Assembly (NCBI GenBank): GCA_051294905.1
Contig: CM119372.1
Location: 26,290,001-26,354,000, forward strand
Reading direction: 5' to 3'
Length of the DNA: 64,000 nucleotides
Source: Botryllus schlosseri
Taxonomy: Eukaryota
Positions 13,010-24,731 of this stretch are shown in pieces (the stretch's first letter is position 1; every line of letters begins with the position of its first letter). The position numbers and the translations under genes are program-made. The notes beneath the pieces are model-generated. The model saw only the letters and a list, made by a program, of their open reading frames with translations. It was not told the DNA's origin and did not search any database.

Positions 13010-16000
13010 GTGCTACCATGACCTCACGAATTTTCACTTGTGACGTAACAGTTGATTGACATGTATGGCTCTTTGGGAGTTGAAATGTAAAAAATAGCGC
13101 CAATATGGCTCTTCGGACGAAAAAGGCTCCCGACCTCTGTCATATGGGTATTACAGAGGCAGGATTAAATACCTCACCTCTTCAAGGACTCTCAAATGCG
13201 CTGATACTACTCGTGACTGATTTCAATCAGGATACCAATACCATAATATCATTGAGACTTTTATGCATGGTGGGTATAGATATTTCATTATCTATAACAC
13301 TTAAAAACGGTATAACACATCACCTACTTACTAGAAAACATCAGTTCAAGAGACTATACAGATTTGTGCCAATGAACTGCATGGTGGCGTACTTCCGTTG
13401 CCTCAATTTTCAAGGTCTTATTTCAATAAATTAATGTCATGCTAAATTTAGTTTCAATACCACCATATATAAGCGAATTGATTGTGTTGCAATGGGATCG
13501 CCTCCTGGACCCATTCTGGCTAACATTTTTGTGGGGTATTACGACAAACGATTATTCGATGATATTGATCGACCATTAATTTATCAACGATATGTTGATG
13601 ACGCCTTCGTCATATTTGAGAACGAATGCCAGTGTGATTTGTTTCTGAGCAAATTGAATGGTCTTCACCCGTCACTAAAATTCACCATGAAAAAAGAGGT
13701 TAATAAATCATTAGCATTCCTTGATATTTTTGTTGAAAAGACGGGTGCTAATTTTGCTACATCAGTTCACCGTAAGCCTACATTCAGGGAACGATACATA
13801 TCGTGGAATTATTTCTGTCCAGTAAGAGGTAAAGTTATTTTGATAAGAATTGTGGTGCACAGGACTCTGATGATATGTAGTAGTGTCAAACTTAATTCTG
13901 TATTGGAGAACATTTGGTCAAACGTTCCGTCAAATGGTCATCCCGATCATATCAATAAAAAATTCTCTCATCCACTTCGCGAGTTTATTATAAGCCGATC
14001 CAACCATCGATAATATTGGGCGAAGGGGTGCGTCCGACTTGCGGATTTTCGGAAGACCATACATTCGTGGACGGAGTGAACCAGTCGGTCTGACTTCATC
14101 ATACGTCGCCGATGAAATCTTTCCAGCCCTATATATATACAAGATTTCCATAAAGATAAACCGTTTGGACCGAGAAGGGGCCCAGTTTATTTGCATCTTC
14201 CGTGGTTAGGCACTGCTTGTAACAGGTTTGAAAAACAAATTAAGTCCTTCTTGAGTCTTTGTTTTTCACAAGTGGAACCCCGTGTCATATTTACTACGAA
14301 ATTTTTACTACCAGCAACACGCAAGGATGTGCTTCCTGCGATTGATCGGAGTAACATAACACTGGTCTACAACTTCAAAAAATTTTCTGAGCCGAAAATT
14401 ATAATATTTTATTTACGCTAATTTTAGGTTGCTGAATCCGATTCTGTGCTCCGAATTTCTCTATCACGTCAGTTTTTTTTGGAATTAATTTTTCTCATTT
14501 TCATAAATGAATCAAATTTCGGCGTTCGTTAGTGACATTACGGTTAGCGTACAACGGCAACAGATCAAATATTGTTATTGAAATCATGTATCACGAAACC
14601 TGGGTTGCTTCAGTACAGAACGAGTGAGTTTTCGGTGAACTTGAATCCAGTGGTTCTCTCACTTCTTTCAAGCAGTAGCTCTTTTCGACCCATAAAATTA
14701 CACCGGTCTACAAATTTCAAAAGAAAAATTTGCCCCAAATATTTTAGTGATTGATTTAGGCCAGTGGTTCCCAACCTTTTTCCATCCACGTCCACTTCGA
14801 GCTTTTATGCAGTGCTCGCGTACCACCTACATAAGTTACGCGCGCCGTGTATAAAGGCGGTCAAAATGTTTCCACCGTTTATGACGTCATAATCACGTGT
14901 CTGATCTATGTGGGGTGTAACTAAGGCGATTTTTTAACCTAAAAACGGAGGATTTTGACCTGAAATAAAAATTTTGAGATTTTTTCACCTAAAAAAAATT
15001 TAATTCTGACCTCAGGAGTGCAAATTAGGTGTTTTCGTACATAATGTTAAAATTGTACTACTTATATTCATTTCAGGATGGGACTGTCTGTCCTTACGAA
15101 GTAGTTTAACCTGACAAAGCGTTTTTGACTTACAAATTGACAAATCTTAAATGAGAAAACTTTATTTTAACGATATTTGGTCCAATGAAGAATTCCAGTA
15201 CTTACACCACGTATGATGGTAAAGCATGGCCAACTAAAACAATGTGCAATGTAATATGCCGTATGTTCTTACTAGGTCATAGGTAGCCTACATTTATTTT
15301 AAAAAATATGTAGTTCAACGAAAGATACTTTCCTACGTTCTCGGGTAGAAAGTGTCTGTCCACACTAAGTAGCTTGCCAAGAATGAAGTAAGAACGTTCC
15401 ACAGTAACAGTTGTTGATAGACAACACTGAAGTTGTGCGTACACTGCTGGTGACACACCGTGTTGCCTCATTTCGACAACGTTGTCTACATCACAATTTT
15501 TCATCATGCGCTTCTTGATATAAGAACCATGCAATGCCCAAGCAGTCTTGTTTCAGTTAGGATATTGCGATACGTTTACCATAACATGTGAATTGTCCTC
15601 CTATTTGTTTGGTTTGACTGTTTATGATTCACGATAAGCAAGCAATGGGCCGTCTACAACGGTAGGCCTATAAAGTAGGCTACAGGCTGTTGAATACCAA
15701 ATGATAAGTTCACCAACAGTGCAAAATCTATGATACAAACGAAATGCAGGGATCAAAAAATTTTTGACTTTGCGAACAATTTTGACAAGTTTTTGACCTA
15801 ACGCTTCAATTTTGACAAAATTTGTCAAATGTCAAAATAATCGCCGTAGTAATAACAAATTCTAATAAGCTAGGCATCATCAGTCAGGGCTGTTGGGATG
15901 CATGGAATTGTTTTTCACCACTAGTCAAAAAACTTCAAAAAATTTAAAATCAACGCCACCTGAACTAATAACTAGGGCTGAGACTTCGAGATCAAATTTG

Positions 16001-16838
16001 AAATCAAGGGATTGGTATTTCCCGGGATTAGAAAAGTACACATACAATTCACAAACAACATTTTCCCCCGTAATATTGACGGAAAAACTTGCTACCGTGA
16101 ATACGAATGAAACCCAGCGAACTAAAGTCACCCGGATAATGAGCGTTTAAATTCTTGTAGGCTACCGCCTGTTTCCTGTAGGAGTTGATTCGTCCAACGT
16201 GATCGAAAAACATCCATTATTCAGTTTCATTGCAATAAGTCTTCTTCAACAAACTTGCGGAATTTTTGCTGTGCTCGATGACCAAGTCCCAAACCAGTTT
16301 GTGACATCTTTGCAAGTCATGGCCGTCAGCCTTGAAAGGCCGACGAATTCACTCATATCGGGAAATTTGATTATATGTTAGCACGTCCACAGCAGTTAAC
16401 GGGCTAAGAATTTCATCGAGGCGAGGCTTATGCGATTTATAAAAGGAATCGATCTTCCACACCTTCATTTTTGGCGGGTCATTCTTTAACGTTGAGTCAT
16501 GCATGATTTAATTACTACAATATGTGTACGGACCTTAAATGCGTTATCAGTCCCTTTTGCTAGACCAGGGGCGAGCAACTTATTCGGTCGGCGGGCCTAA
16601 TATGGGTAAAGTAAGTATACTTGACAGGCCGGATTACAGAATCGATACATTAATCGCGTATTTAGCCACCTATACAAGGAATAAGTCGTAGCCTATTCAA
16701 GTAAACTTATTAGTTTTAAAGCATTAGAGACCCAAAACATTATTTAATTTAGCAACTTGATGCACTTCAATAGTTGTTGAAGTCAATGAGATATATGTAG
16801 TCGATCAAATTCGTCAACAATTTCTTTTAACTCTAGTG

Positions 16839-17810
16839 CAGTGGTCGGGAACCTATGGCTCGCGAGCCATATATGGCTCTTTTGGGTATAAGATATGGCT
16901 CTTTTCCAAATATTTATTTTTGTGCTGAATTGATCAATATTGCAGCGACTTGTTGGTAAATTTTCATCACGGCCAGAATAATTATTCTCGTGGCAGTATA
17001 AACGTGTCTTTTACAGGTAAAGACAATGCGGTCTTCAGGTATAGGGGATCGGACCCCCTCTTTTCAAAATCATCAAATTTAAGTGACTGTCACGCCGGCG
17101 GCCAATATCACTCGCGAATTAATGTACCCGACTCGAAATCTTGATTTGTGCGATACGTTGATTAGTCAAAGAGCATAGCAGACATGGCGACGCCCATTTA
17201 AAAACGCAGTTTTCAAATACATATTGTCGTTCTGAGCTCCGGCGCGAAATGAGCTGTTGTGGATGTGACATTCACAATTACAAACTCGAATTACAAACAA
17301 CGCCTTTGCTAAGCTATCCACGTTCTTGATTGGTAAGTATATAATATAGTTCTATGTACCGGCGATAAAATGTATGCGTGTAGCCCAACGTTACTTACCG
17401 CCGAATGCTTTGAGAATTGAGAAGTCGATAAGTATTTAGATTTTCAGAATCAGTCTGACAGTCACATTTGATTAATATCAGTTATAATAAATTCCAGGGA
17501 TATCTAAGCAACTTGCGATGAATTGCGTTATCAATGGTGAGACTTGGTCCGTCTGTGCCTTACCTCTCGTTTCGAGCTTTATTTTTGAACGATAAATATC
17601 AGTATATACAGAAAAAATACGGCGCACACGAGGAATCCCATGTATTGAGTTCGAATTTGTGCTAGCATGACGTCACAATTGAATTCCAGGACTTCATGAA
17701 TTTTCAATTGTGACGTAACAGTTGATTGGCATGTATGGCTCTTTGGGAATTGAGATGGGAAAAAATAGGGCCAATATGGCTCTTCGGACAAAAAAGGTTC
17801 CCGACCACTG
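16839..17810. mobile_element. hAT MITE
   Basis: TIR CAGTGGTCGGGAACCT; perfect TSD CTCTAGTG. Confidence 0.9.
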
Positions 17811-17935
17811 CTCTAGTGGCATGCCGCATGTGGAAACCCGTAGTAAAGACTGCAGGCGAACATCAGTTACATTGGGAACGCAGCCTTGTCTTGTTAATCT
17901 TCATGGTCGAAAATGTTTGCTCGCAAAGGTACGTG

Positions 17936-20516
17936 CGGGGCCTACGATACTTACGGCCTAATATGGCACATTACAGTTGCAGGATATAAGAGGCCGACAC
18001 TCCCAAACACACATCACGATTGACTCAGCGATTGTTTTGACTTTGCCAGTCGACAATACTAGATGCCTCCCATCTTGAAGCAAAATGCACTCATTTCACT
18101 CGGCGAGATCTAGCTAGACGGCTGCATCTGGTTATATGGTGCTGTATTGACCGTCTTATACTTGTAATACAAGGTAGGCTACTGTAACTGTGAAGTTGCG
18201 ATTGCACTGCTCACATTTTGAGGCAAGGTTTTTGAGCTAGTCGCTAAGTTAGAATTATTATTTTATGATGTCACCATCAGCTAATACCGTAGTAACAACT
18301 CTGTACGATTGCAGTGAAGATATGTTTAGGAGCCGTTTTGGCCATCCGGTAGCATCTAGGTAGTATTATTATGTAGTTGGAAATAATACTTCGTGTTGCA
18401 CTAGTTGCAGTATTAAACACACTAATATCGGCTTGAATTCATGGTGGTGGTTCATGCGGCATTTATGACAGTGAATCTTGACATATTGTATGTATGCTTA
18501 TCGATTTGGGCTTGGCTAAATGTATAATTGACCGATAATGGTCAACAAATGTTGTGTTTATGGCTGTAAAACTGGATATTTAACTACTGAAATAAAGTCT
18601 CGTCGTTTCACTTTCCCTTTGACGATGCGGAGTTACAAAAGAAATGGATATCTTTTGTGAATAGGCGCGATTGGAAGCCAACTATCAATTCTGTAATCTG
18701 CGAATTGCGTTTTGAATCAAAGTACATCAACGACTCTGGCTTGCGAAAACGACTACGTTTGGACAAAAAACCAGTCCTGGGGAAGGCGCTGCAAGAGACC
18801 GAAATTACAGGAACTTGGTTAGCAGAGGAATTGCTGGATTGTATTGCTACTCTCAATCGCCATGGATTTGCTGTTCGAGGACTTGTGTCGGATAATCATC
18901 CTTCCAATGTAAAAGCATTTGAATTAATGGGAAAAACGCCCCGGAAATGATGAGTTCTCTTTTCATCATACATCCTGCCTCAAGAAAGCGTATCTATTTT
19001 TCGAAACTGTAAAGAACATACGAAACAATTTACTCCGAGCCAAGAAATTTGTTTTTCCTCCATTCTCATTCACCATTGATTCTTCAAGTATATCATCACC
19101 TGGTGGATTCGTTGCATGGAGCGATCTTCACAAAATCAGGGAATGTGATGATAAGCTGGATTCAAATTTGCGTAAAGCACCAAACTTGAAATTTGCCCCA
19201 TTGCATCCAAGCAATAACAAACAGAATGTCAACTTGGCTCCTGCTCCATTCCATGATTGAGCTATATTGCAGCTTGCAAATGTTACTTGCCTCACAGGGA
19301 AGATATGGCTTCATTTTTGAGTCTTATTAATGCTTGGTGGACAATCGTCAATTGCTGTCAGAGATTTTCAGCAAACCCATTGGCCAAAGCAGTGGTCCCA
19401 GAAAATGCAAAAATTGATTTTTACAAAACTTTGCTAATTGGCTTATAAAATGGAATGGATATCCCCCAGAACTAGTGACTGTCAAAGCAAACCTTCAAAG
19501 CTCTGATTGAAACCTGCAGTCTCAGTCACTGCTTATGCATGATTTGTAAGTAGAGGGGTATGAATATGTGAAGCATGATATTGGTGTATTTTGATCATTT
19601 CGAACAAGTCATTGAAGATGTGGCGATTGAAATTACCGAATCAGTTCTATCTCCTGACAGCGGGGAGGTGTAGTATGTTGTGGCTGGGTACATTGGTAAG
19701 AAGGTCCTCGAAAAATTGTCTTGTAAAATTTTTGAAGAGTCCTGTGGCTCAAGTCCACGTTATTTCGACTTACTCGGACGTGGGGGACTGCTTGCTCCCG
19801 CAGAACCACTCGCCAAGTTTGTTGCATTCATTTTTTCAATCCTAGATGATTCTGATCAAATCACCTGCTCTCACCCCAAGTCGCAGTGAGGGAAGCTGGG
19901 GCTGGTCAATTAGTTTCGCATCGTTTTGGGGGGACCTCAAGTTTTGCATGTTGTGATCTTTGAGATCGAGCTTTAAAATTGGCGAGCAAAATCATTGTGA
20001 ACATATATTATAATACCAAGTAGAAGCCGGTAAACGGCTCGGTGAGAAAAGATGCTGTGACGGACTTTAAAAAACTGCAGTTAAGCAAGACGTAGTTTGC
20101 TTACTGCAGTAATTCATTTCACTTGCTATACTTCTATGGCTAAGCTTCATGTATGTTTTTCAGAGTAGTTCCAAGTGAATAAATTTCACTTTCACGTGAT
20201 TGAATTCGTTTTACCATGCAATAAAATACTTTTACATGCCCAAGTTGGGGATTCTCGTTACATTGTCTTCTTCTGCGTTGGTGGATAAATACATTGCGAC
20301 GCTGTCACTTGGCTCTTAATTGGGTTGTTTCATCTAAAAGTACTAATTTTGCCTGTTATACGACTTCATTAGACTTGTATGGCGAGGCGTCTGATATCGA
20401 GAAGTGAGATCGCAAGCAATCATTGAGTTAGTCGTGATGTCTGTTTTGTAAGCGTCGGCCTCGTATATCCTGCAAGTGTAGTGTGCCATATTAGGCCGTA
20501 AGTATCGTAGGCCCCG
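17936..20516 (+). mobile_element. P-superfamily transposon, internally deleted; decayed THAP transposase ~18538-20095
   Basis: ~100-bp TIR starting CGGGGCCTACGATACTTACGGCC; 7-bp TSD GTACGTG/GTACATG; MVNKCCVYGCKTGY..FHFP..KKWISFVNRRDW..ICE, VSDNHPSN, KNIRNNLL, NNKQNVNLA. Confidence 0.88.
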
Positions 20517-23301
20517 GTACATGTATGAACCCGAACTCAGCAAGTACTTTCATGGCCATCTTTCTCAGGTTGGCAAACTTGGATTCATTCTGTGACGCAT
20601 AACATTTGTCAATACTTTCAGATTGGAATATTACTTTCAGGGTAGAAACTCTCTGCGGGCCGCTCAAAAACCCGTCACGGCCGAAAGTTCCCTGCCTTTG
20701 TCCTAAATCCTGAAGCTTTCAAAACTCCTTGACACAAGTTGGATTCGACTTTTTCTGTAGATTTACCAAACCAAAAAGTTTTGCCACACATCTGATTTTC
20801 TCTTCGCTCTGACATCTTCGAAATTCACAATTATCCCCACCTGTATTTCACCTCCACAGCACCGTATTTGCAACGCTCAGATACTCAGTTACACTGCTAC
20901 GATCAGTAGACTAGACGGAAGTGATTGTGTAGTTCATTCATAGCCGTAGTTGGTATTATTATCACATATTTATGAATTGTTTTAGATAATCAACCGAGTT
21001 TAGACACTGCTTTATTACCAAAATAAAAGATATGGCGCTAGGTAAGCCTGCGAGTAAATGCTGTTTACCAATCCCGGGGGGATTTTATGGGGATCGGGAT
21101 TTCCCGGAGTCCCACCGCTACTAATAACTCCCTTCGGTCGAAAAAACACAAAATCTACTCGCGTACCACCTGGAAGACCTTCGCGTACCGCTAGTGGTAT
21201 GCGTACCACAGGTTGGGAACCACTGATTTAGGCTAATATTAGGATGCTGAATCGGACTCTGTGCTCAGAATTTCTCTATCGCGTCAGTTTTTACGGCATG
21301 CCTCTTTTCTTATTTCCATAAATTCATCAAATTTCGGGTTTCGTTAGTGACATTACGGTGTGCGTACAACAGCAAGAAATTAGATATTGGTAACGAAGTC
21401 ATCTATAATGATGAAACCAGGCTTGTTGTAGAACAGAATGATTGAGTTTTTGGTGAACTTGAATCCAGTGGTTCTTTATCTTCTTTTAATCTGGACCTAT
21501 TTTTTGACCCATAAAAGTATATGAGGACGCGACCATTTTTAGTCGGTAGCAGTTATCATCTTTATATACCACTCTTCGTTTAAAGATTGTGATTAGTAGC
21601 TCCATGCTTAATTTAGTTCCCTACGTTATCTTTATACATCTGTCCTGCAGACTTCATCGGGCAATCAATTTTGTGATAGCTCACTGATCTTTCGTAATAC
21701 GTTAAGTTTAACCAATAAATTGTTCGTATAATATGTAGAAGAGAATTGCTCGCTCCGGCAGATATGTGACCCTTAAGCTTGTTTTGAAACAATAAAAGAC
21801 ACAGGTTGCCTGCTTTTCCAAGGAAAAATTGCTTATCGTGCTAACTTGAAAGAATTTATCATCATTATTCTTCGTCTGAATTTATCAGGCTAATTCTTCT
21901 CCTGTTTCCATATACTGTCGGAATCGAGCAGAGCTGGTTCCGAACTGGTTTTTTTTTTTGGTTTATTGGCATGATATAAAGGGATTTTTGTCTATTATAG
22001 ACAGCCAGATGAATGGAGACTGCTTACTAATACTTAAAACGAAACCTGAAGTGCGTGTTACTTCACAATAGAACTAAATATGCATCGGTTCTAATACAGT
22101 CGATCCGTCTCGACATAGGACATTCTGGGGCCTACGCCAGACAGCATGTTTTCTGTGCTGGAACAGAGCCAGAGATATGCCTTGGTTAATTTCTGGTCAT
22201 GTTTTTAAATGGTTTCGAGGCTTTGTGTTTGGGTATTGTACGATTAAACGCCAATTCTGAATATATAAAGTTTTACACTTTTGGCCGTTTCTGATTTGCC
22301 GTATTATTTTACTATGAAACAGAGTTGATGGAAGTGATCAGCGTTGCTACTCAAGTAGCACAAGTAACGCTTTAAATTCTACTCAATCACAAGTAGAAGT
22401 AGTAATTTTTAAGACATGTCAAAACTACTTCAAATCTAAGGCGAAATGAAAAGTCTGGAAATTTCAGTAGATATCTATAAGTATACTTGGTCGGGGGTTG
22501 GGTGGTCGTATACTTTTAATAATTAGTCGGAGGTGGCTCCAAACGAAATCGCAAGATGTGCTTTCTTGGCCAACGCACAATGTATATAATGACACTACCC
22601 GTTGGTATGATATTTGAAAAATATATTCAGTTACCGTGCTTTAAGGGATATGTCACGCTGTTCTAATTCTCATGTAACTCATGAGAGTGGTGCAATCTTT
22701 TCCTAAAACTACTTTCTACTTTTTAAAACCTAAATTGCGAAAGTTTATCCAAAATACTGTTCAGGTAGAAGTGCAAGTAGTCTGAAAACATATCAACTTG
22801 ACTAAGTACTTCAAGTAGGACAAATCTACTTGACTACCCCGAAAAAGTAATACACATCGACACAGATGTTATCTCCCAAACGTGACGTGGTAGAACAAAA
22901 ATAACGCCAGATTCGTACTCAGCGCCCCCAAATTAGGTAAAGATGAATTAAAGGAATCCTGGCATAAAAATCGTGTCGACCAATGTAACTTACCAATATA
23001 CGTGCCGATTCGACAGTCGGTATGTGGGTCGCACACAGGGCTGTGGAGTCGGTAAATTTTACCACCGACTCCAACTCCGACTCCACACATTTTCAATGGG
23101 CCGACGCCGACTCCGACGCCGACTCTGACTCCGACTCCTGAGTCATTAAACATACCGACTCCGACTCCGACAGTATTGCCAATTTACTTCGAAAAGTATA
23201 TGCCACAGTGACGGTTAAATGACTATATATATAGGCTATATATCGGCTTTCAATTAAATAAAAGTGCAAAAGAAAACAGGAAACAAAGGAACATCAAGAT
23301 A

Positions 23302-23550
23302 TCAGTTTTGGGCCCTTATCAAGCGCCTCCAGCGTGGGCGGTCGTGGGCGTCTTCGAGCGATAGCCCGCGTTGCGCTAGCTCGGTCTCTATTGTTGAGCG
23401 CCATGTGGTTCTATTCCAGCCACCTCTGCGCCATGGCTCTGTCGGAATGTGGTTGATGATGGCGGCGGCTGGTTGATCGTCTTGATGCCGCACTAGATGA
23501 CCGATTAAGCGTAAGCGTCGTTCAGCAGCCAGCAAACGGCATGGGACTGT
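23302..23550 (-). pseudogene. 3' end of an RTE-type non-LTR retrotransposon ORF, inverted relative to the 5' part
   Basis: ERRLRLIGHLVRH...RRGG..RTTW...AHDRPRWRRL* is the typical RTE-like C-terminus. Confidence 0.75.
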
Positions 23551-23624
23551 TTTTGTGAGTTTGCGCAGAGCATTGGTGGATATGTGCTCCGGGTGGTGGA
23601 TGCCGAGTGCGTAGCGGAGGAGTA

Positions 23625-24586
23625 GGGGAGATGTGGTACCGATGGATCAAAAATTGGAAAATGATCGCTGGCCCCAAAATGTTCAGCCGAAAAGAGCAGA
23701 TCTTTTGCTGGCTCAGCACTTTGATACAAGCTCTACCTATCGCGCACATATACATGAATATCCGTTTTCTCAATAAATATTTATGGACGTTTAAAATTTG
23801 TTGCTCGAACGTTTCATCGGTCCCCACCCGGTGGGTCCAATGGCACACGACCCGGGGACCTATGACACATATACCCTAAAAAACTCAGATGTGACAACTT
23901 TTTTTGCTCAGTATTATAATCTAAGCTACAGCAAGCCAAAGAAGAATTTTCGGTTGCAACCGTCTAAAAATAGATTAGATATTGACTCAAATGTTGTCAT
24001 AAAATCACGTTTCGATTTAGGCTCGGACTTATAAATTTGAGGGTACATACATATTGCTCGAAAATCGACAGTGTGACTTCCAAAGACCTCGTTATAGCGA
24101 TAAAACATCATATGCAATTATTACATAAAGATTTTCTGTACGTAGTCATGTTTCATTTGTTTCATGATTAGTATTCTTGATTATTTTGCTTGATTTGGCT
24201 ATTGTATCATCGGTCCACACCCTACTAATTTTGTACATGAATCGAAAAAAATTCCACTCAAGGAAAGTACTGAAAAAAATAATAGGTTCCATTATATAGC
24301 CTGATACAAGCCCTAGACTTCACAATAAAAATGATTGCTGGTTTGTTCGTGTTGAAGGTTACAAAGAAAAATGTATATGTCGATCCAAATTTAGTTTACA
24401 CCCCCCAAAACCAAAAACATCTGTGAGAGACCCCATAGTTCGCGCACGTCGAATTTTTTTGTATGTGAGGAAAGATGTTGCCAGCATGCAATTGTAGACA
24501 AGTTCACGGAGTGTAATCATGGAATTATCATAGAGAATTTTCAAAGTATTTTCGGTCCCAGTGATCCATCGGTACCACATCTCCCC
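23625..24586. mobile_element. Tc1/mariner-pogo-type MITE
   Basis: Perfect 25-bp TIR GGGGAGATGTGGTACCGATGGATCA flanked by TA on both sides. Confidence 0.85.
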
Positions 24587-24731
24587 TACATCGTAGTTGG
24601 CGTTGAGTGTCTTAGCCAGCTTTTCTGTCAGCGTGAGTGCTTCTATTCCGTAAAGAAGAACCTGCTAGTCTAGTCTAGTCAGTCGCCGAGTGCAGACGTG
24701 TATCTCTCGCTCCGCTAGCTGATTGCTTGTA

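Larger units (their letters stand above)
9686..13139. mobile_element. hAT MITE (same family as 16839-17810) carrying nested insertions
   Basis: Ends CAGGTGTCCGGAATC / GGCTCCCGACCTCTG; 8-bp TSD TCATATGG at 9678-9685 and 13140-13147. Confidence 0.8.
16566..20700. mobile_element. Old hAT MITE (CAGGGG.. ends) hosting two further insertions
   Basis: Interrupts the host hAT at TGCTAGAC (empty site at ~12572); right-hand TSD degenerate (TCCTAAAT); GCGGGCC subterminal motifs. Confidence 0.65.
15973..21120 (-). mobile_element. Second copy of the 11941-13009 hAT family, interrupted
   Basis: Collinear with 11941-13009 on both sides of the 16566-20700 insert; TSD CTAATAAC at 15965-15972 and 21121-21128. 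Confidence 0.85.
14762..21225 (-). mobile_element. hAT element with C-terminal dimerisation-domain remnant; hosts nested elements
   Basis: TIR CAGTGGTTCCCAACCT; TSD ATTTAGGC; minus ORF 15277-15534 ..TTVTVERSYFILGKLLSVDRH.. Confidence 0.85.
14360..22985 (+). mobile_element. Chapaev3-like (CMC) DNA transposon, decayed, with nested insertions
   Basis: Termini CACTGGTCTACA / TGTCGACCAATG; 3-bp TSD TAA (14357-14359, 22986-22988); transposase remnant ~22000-22090 (PDEWRL...LKCVLLHNRTKYASV); subterminal block 14425-14670 repeated at 21240-21480. Family name from motif recall. Confidence 0.72.

Noticed and set aside
22869..23153. GV-repeat ORF (also DS-repeat at 29380-29595 and SSQV ORFs at 47254-48349)
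   Set aside because: Translations of CCGACT and GACTT subterminal arrays of hAT MITEs.
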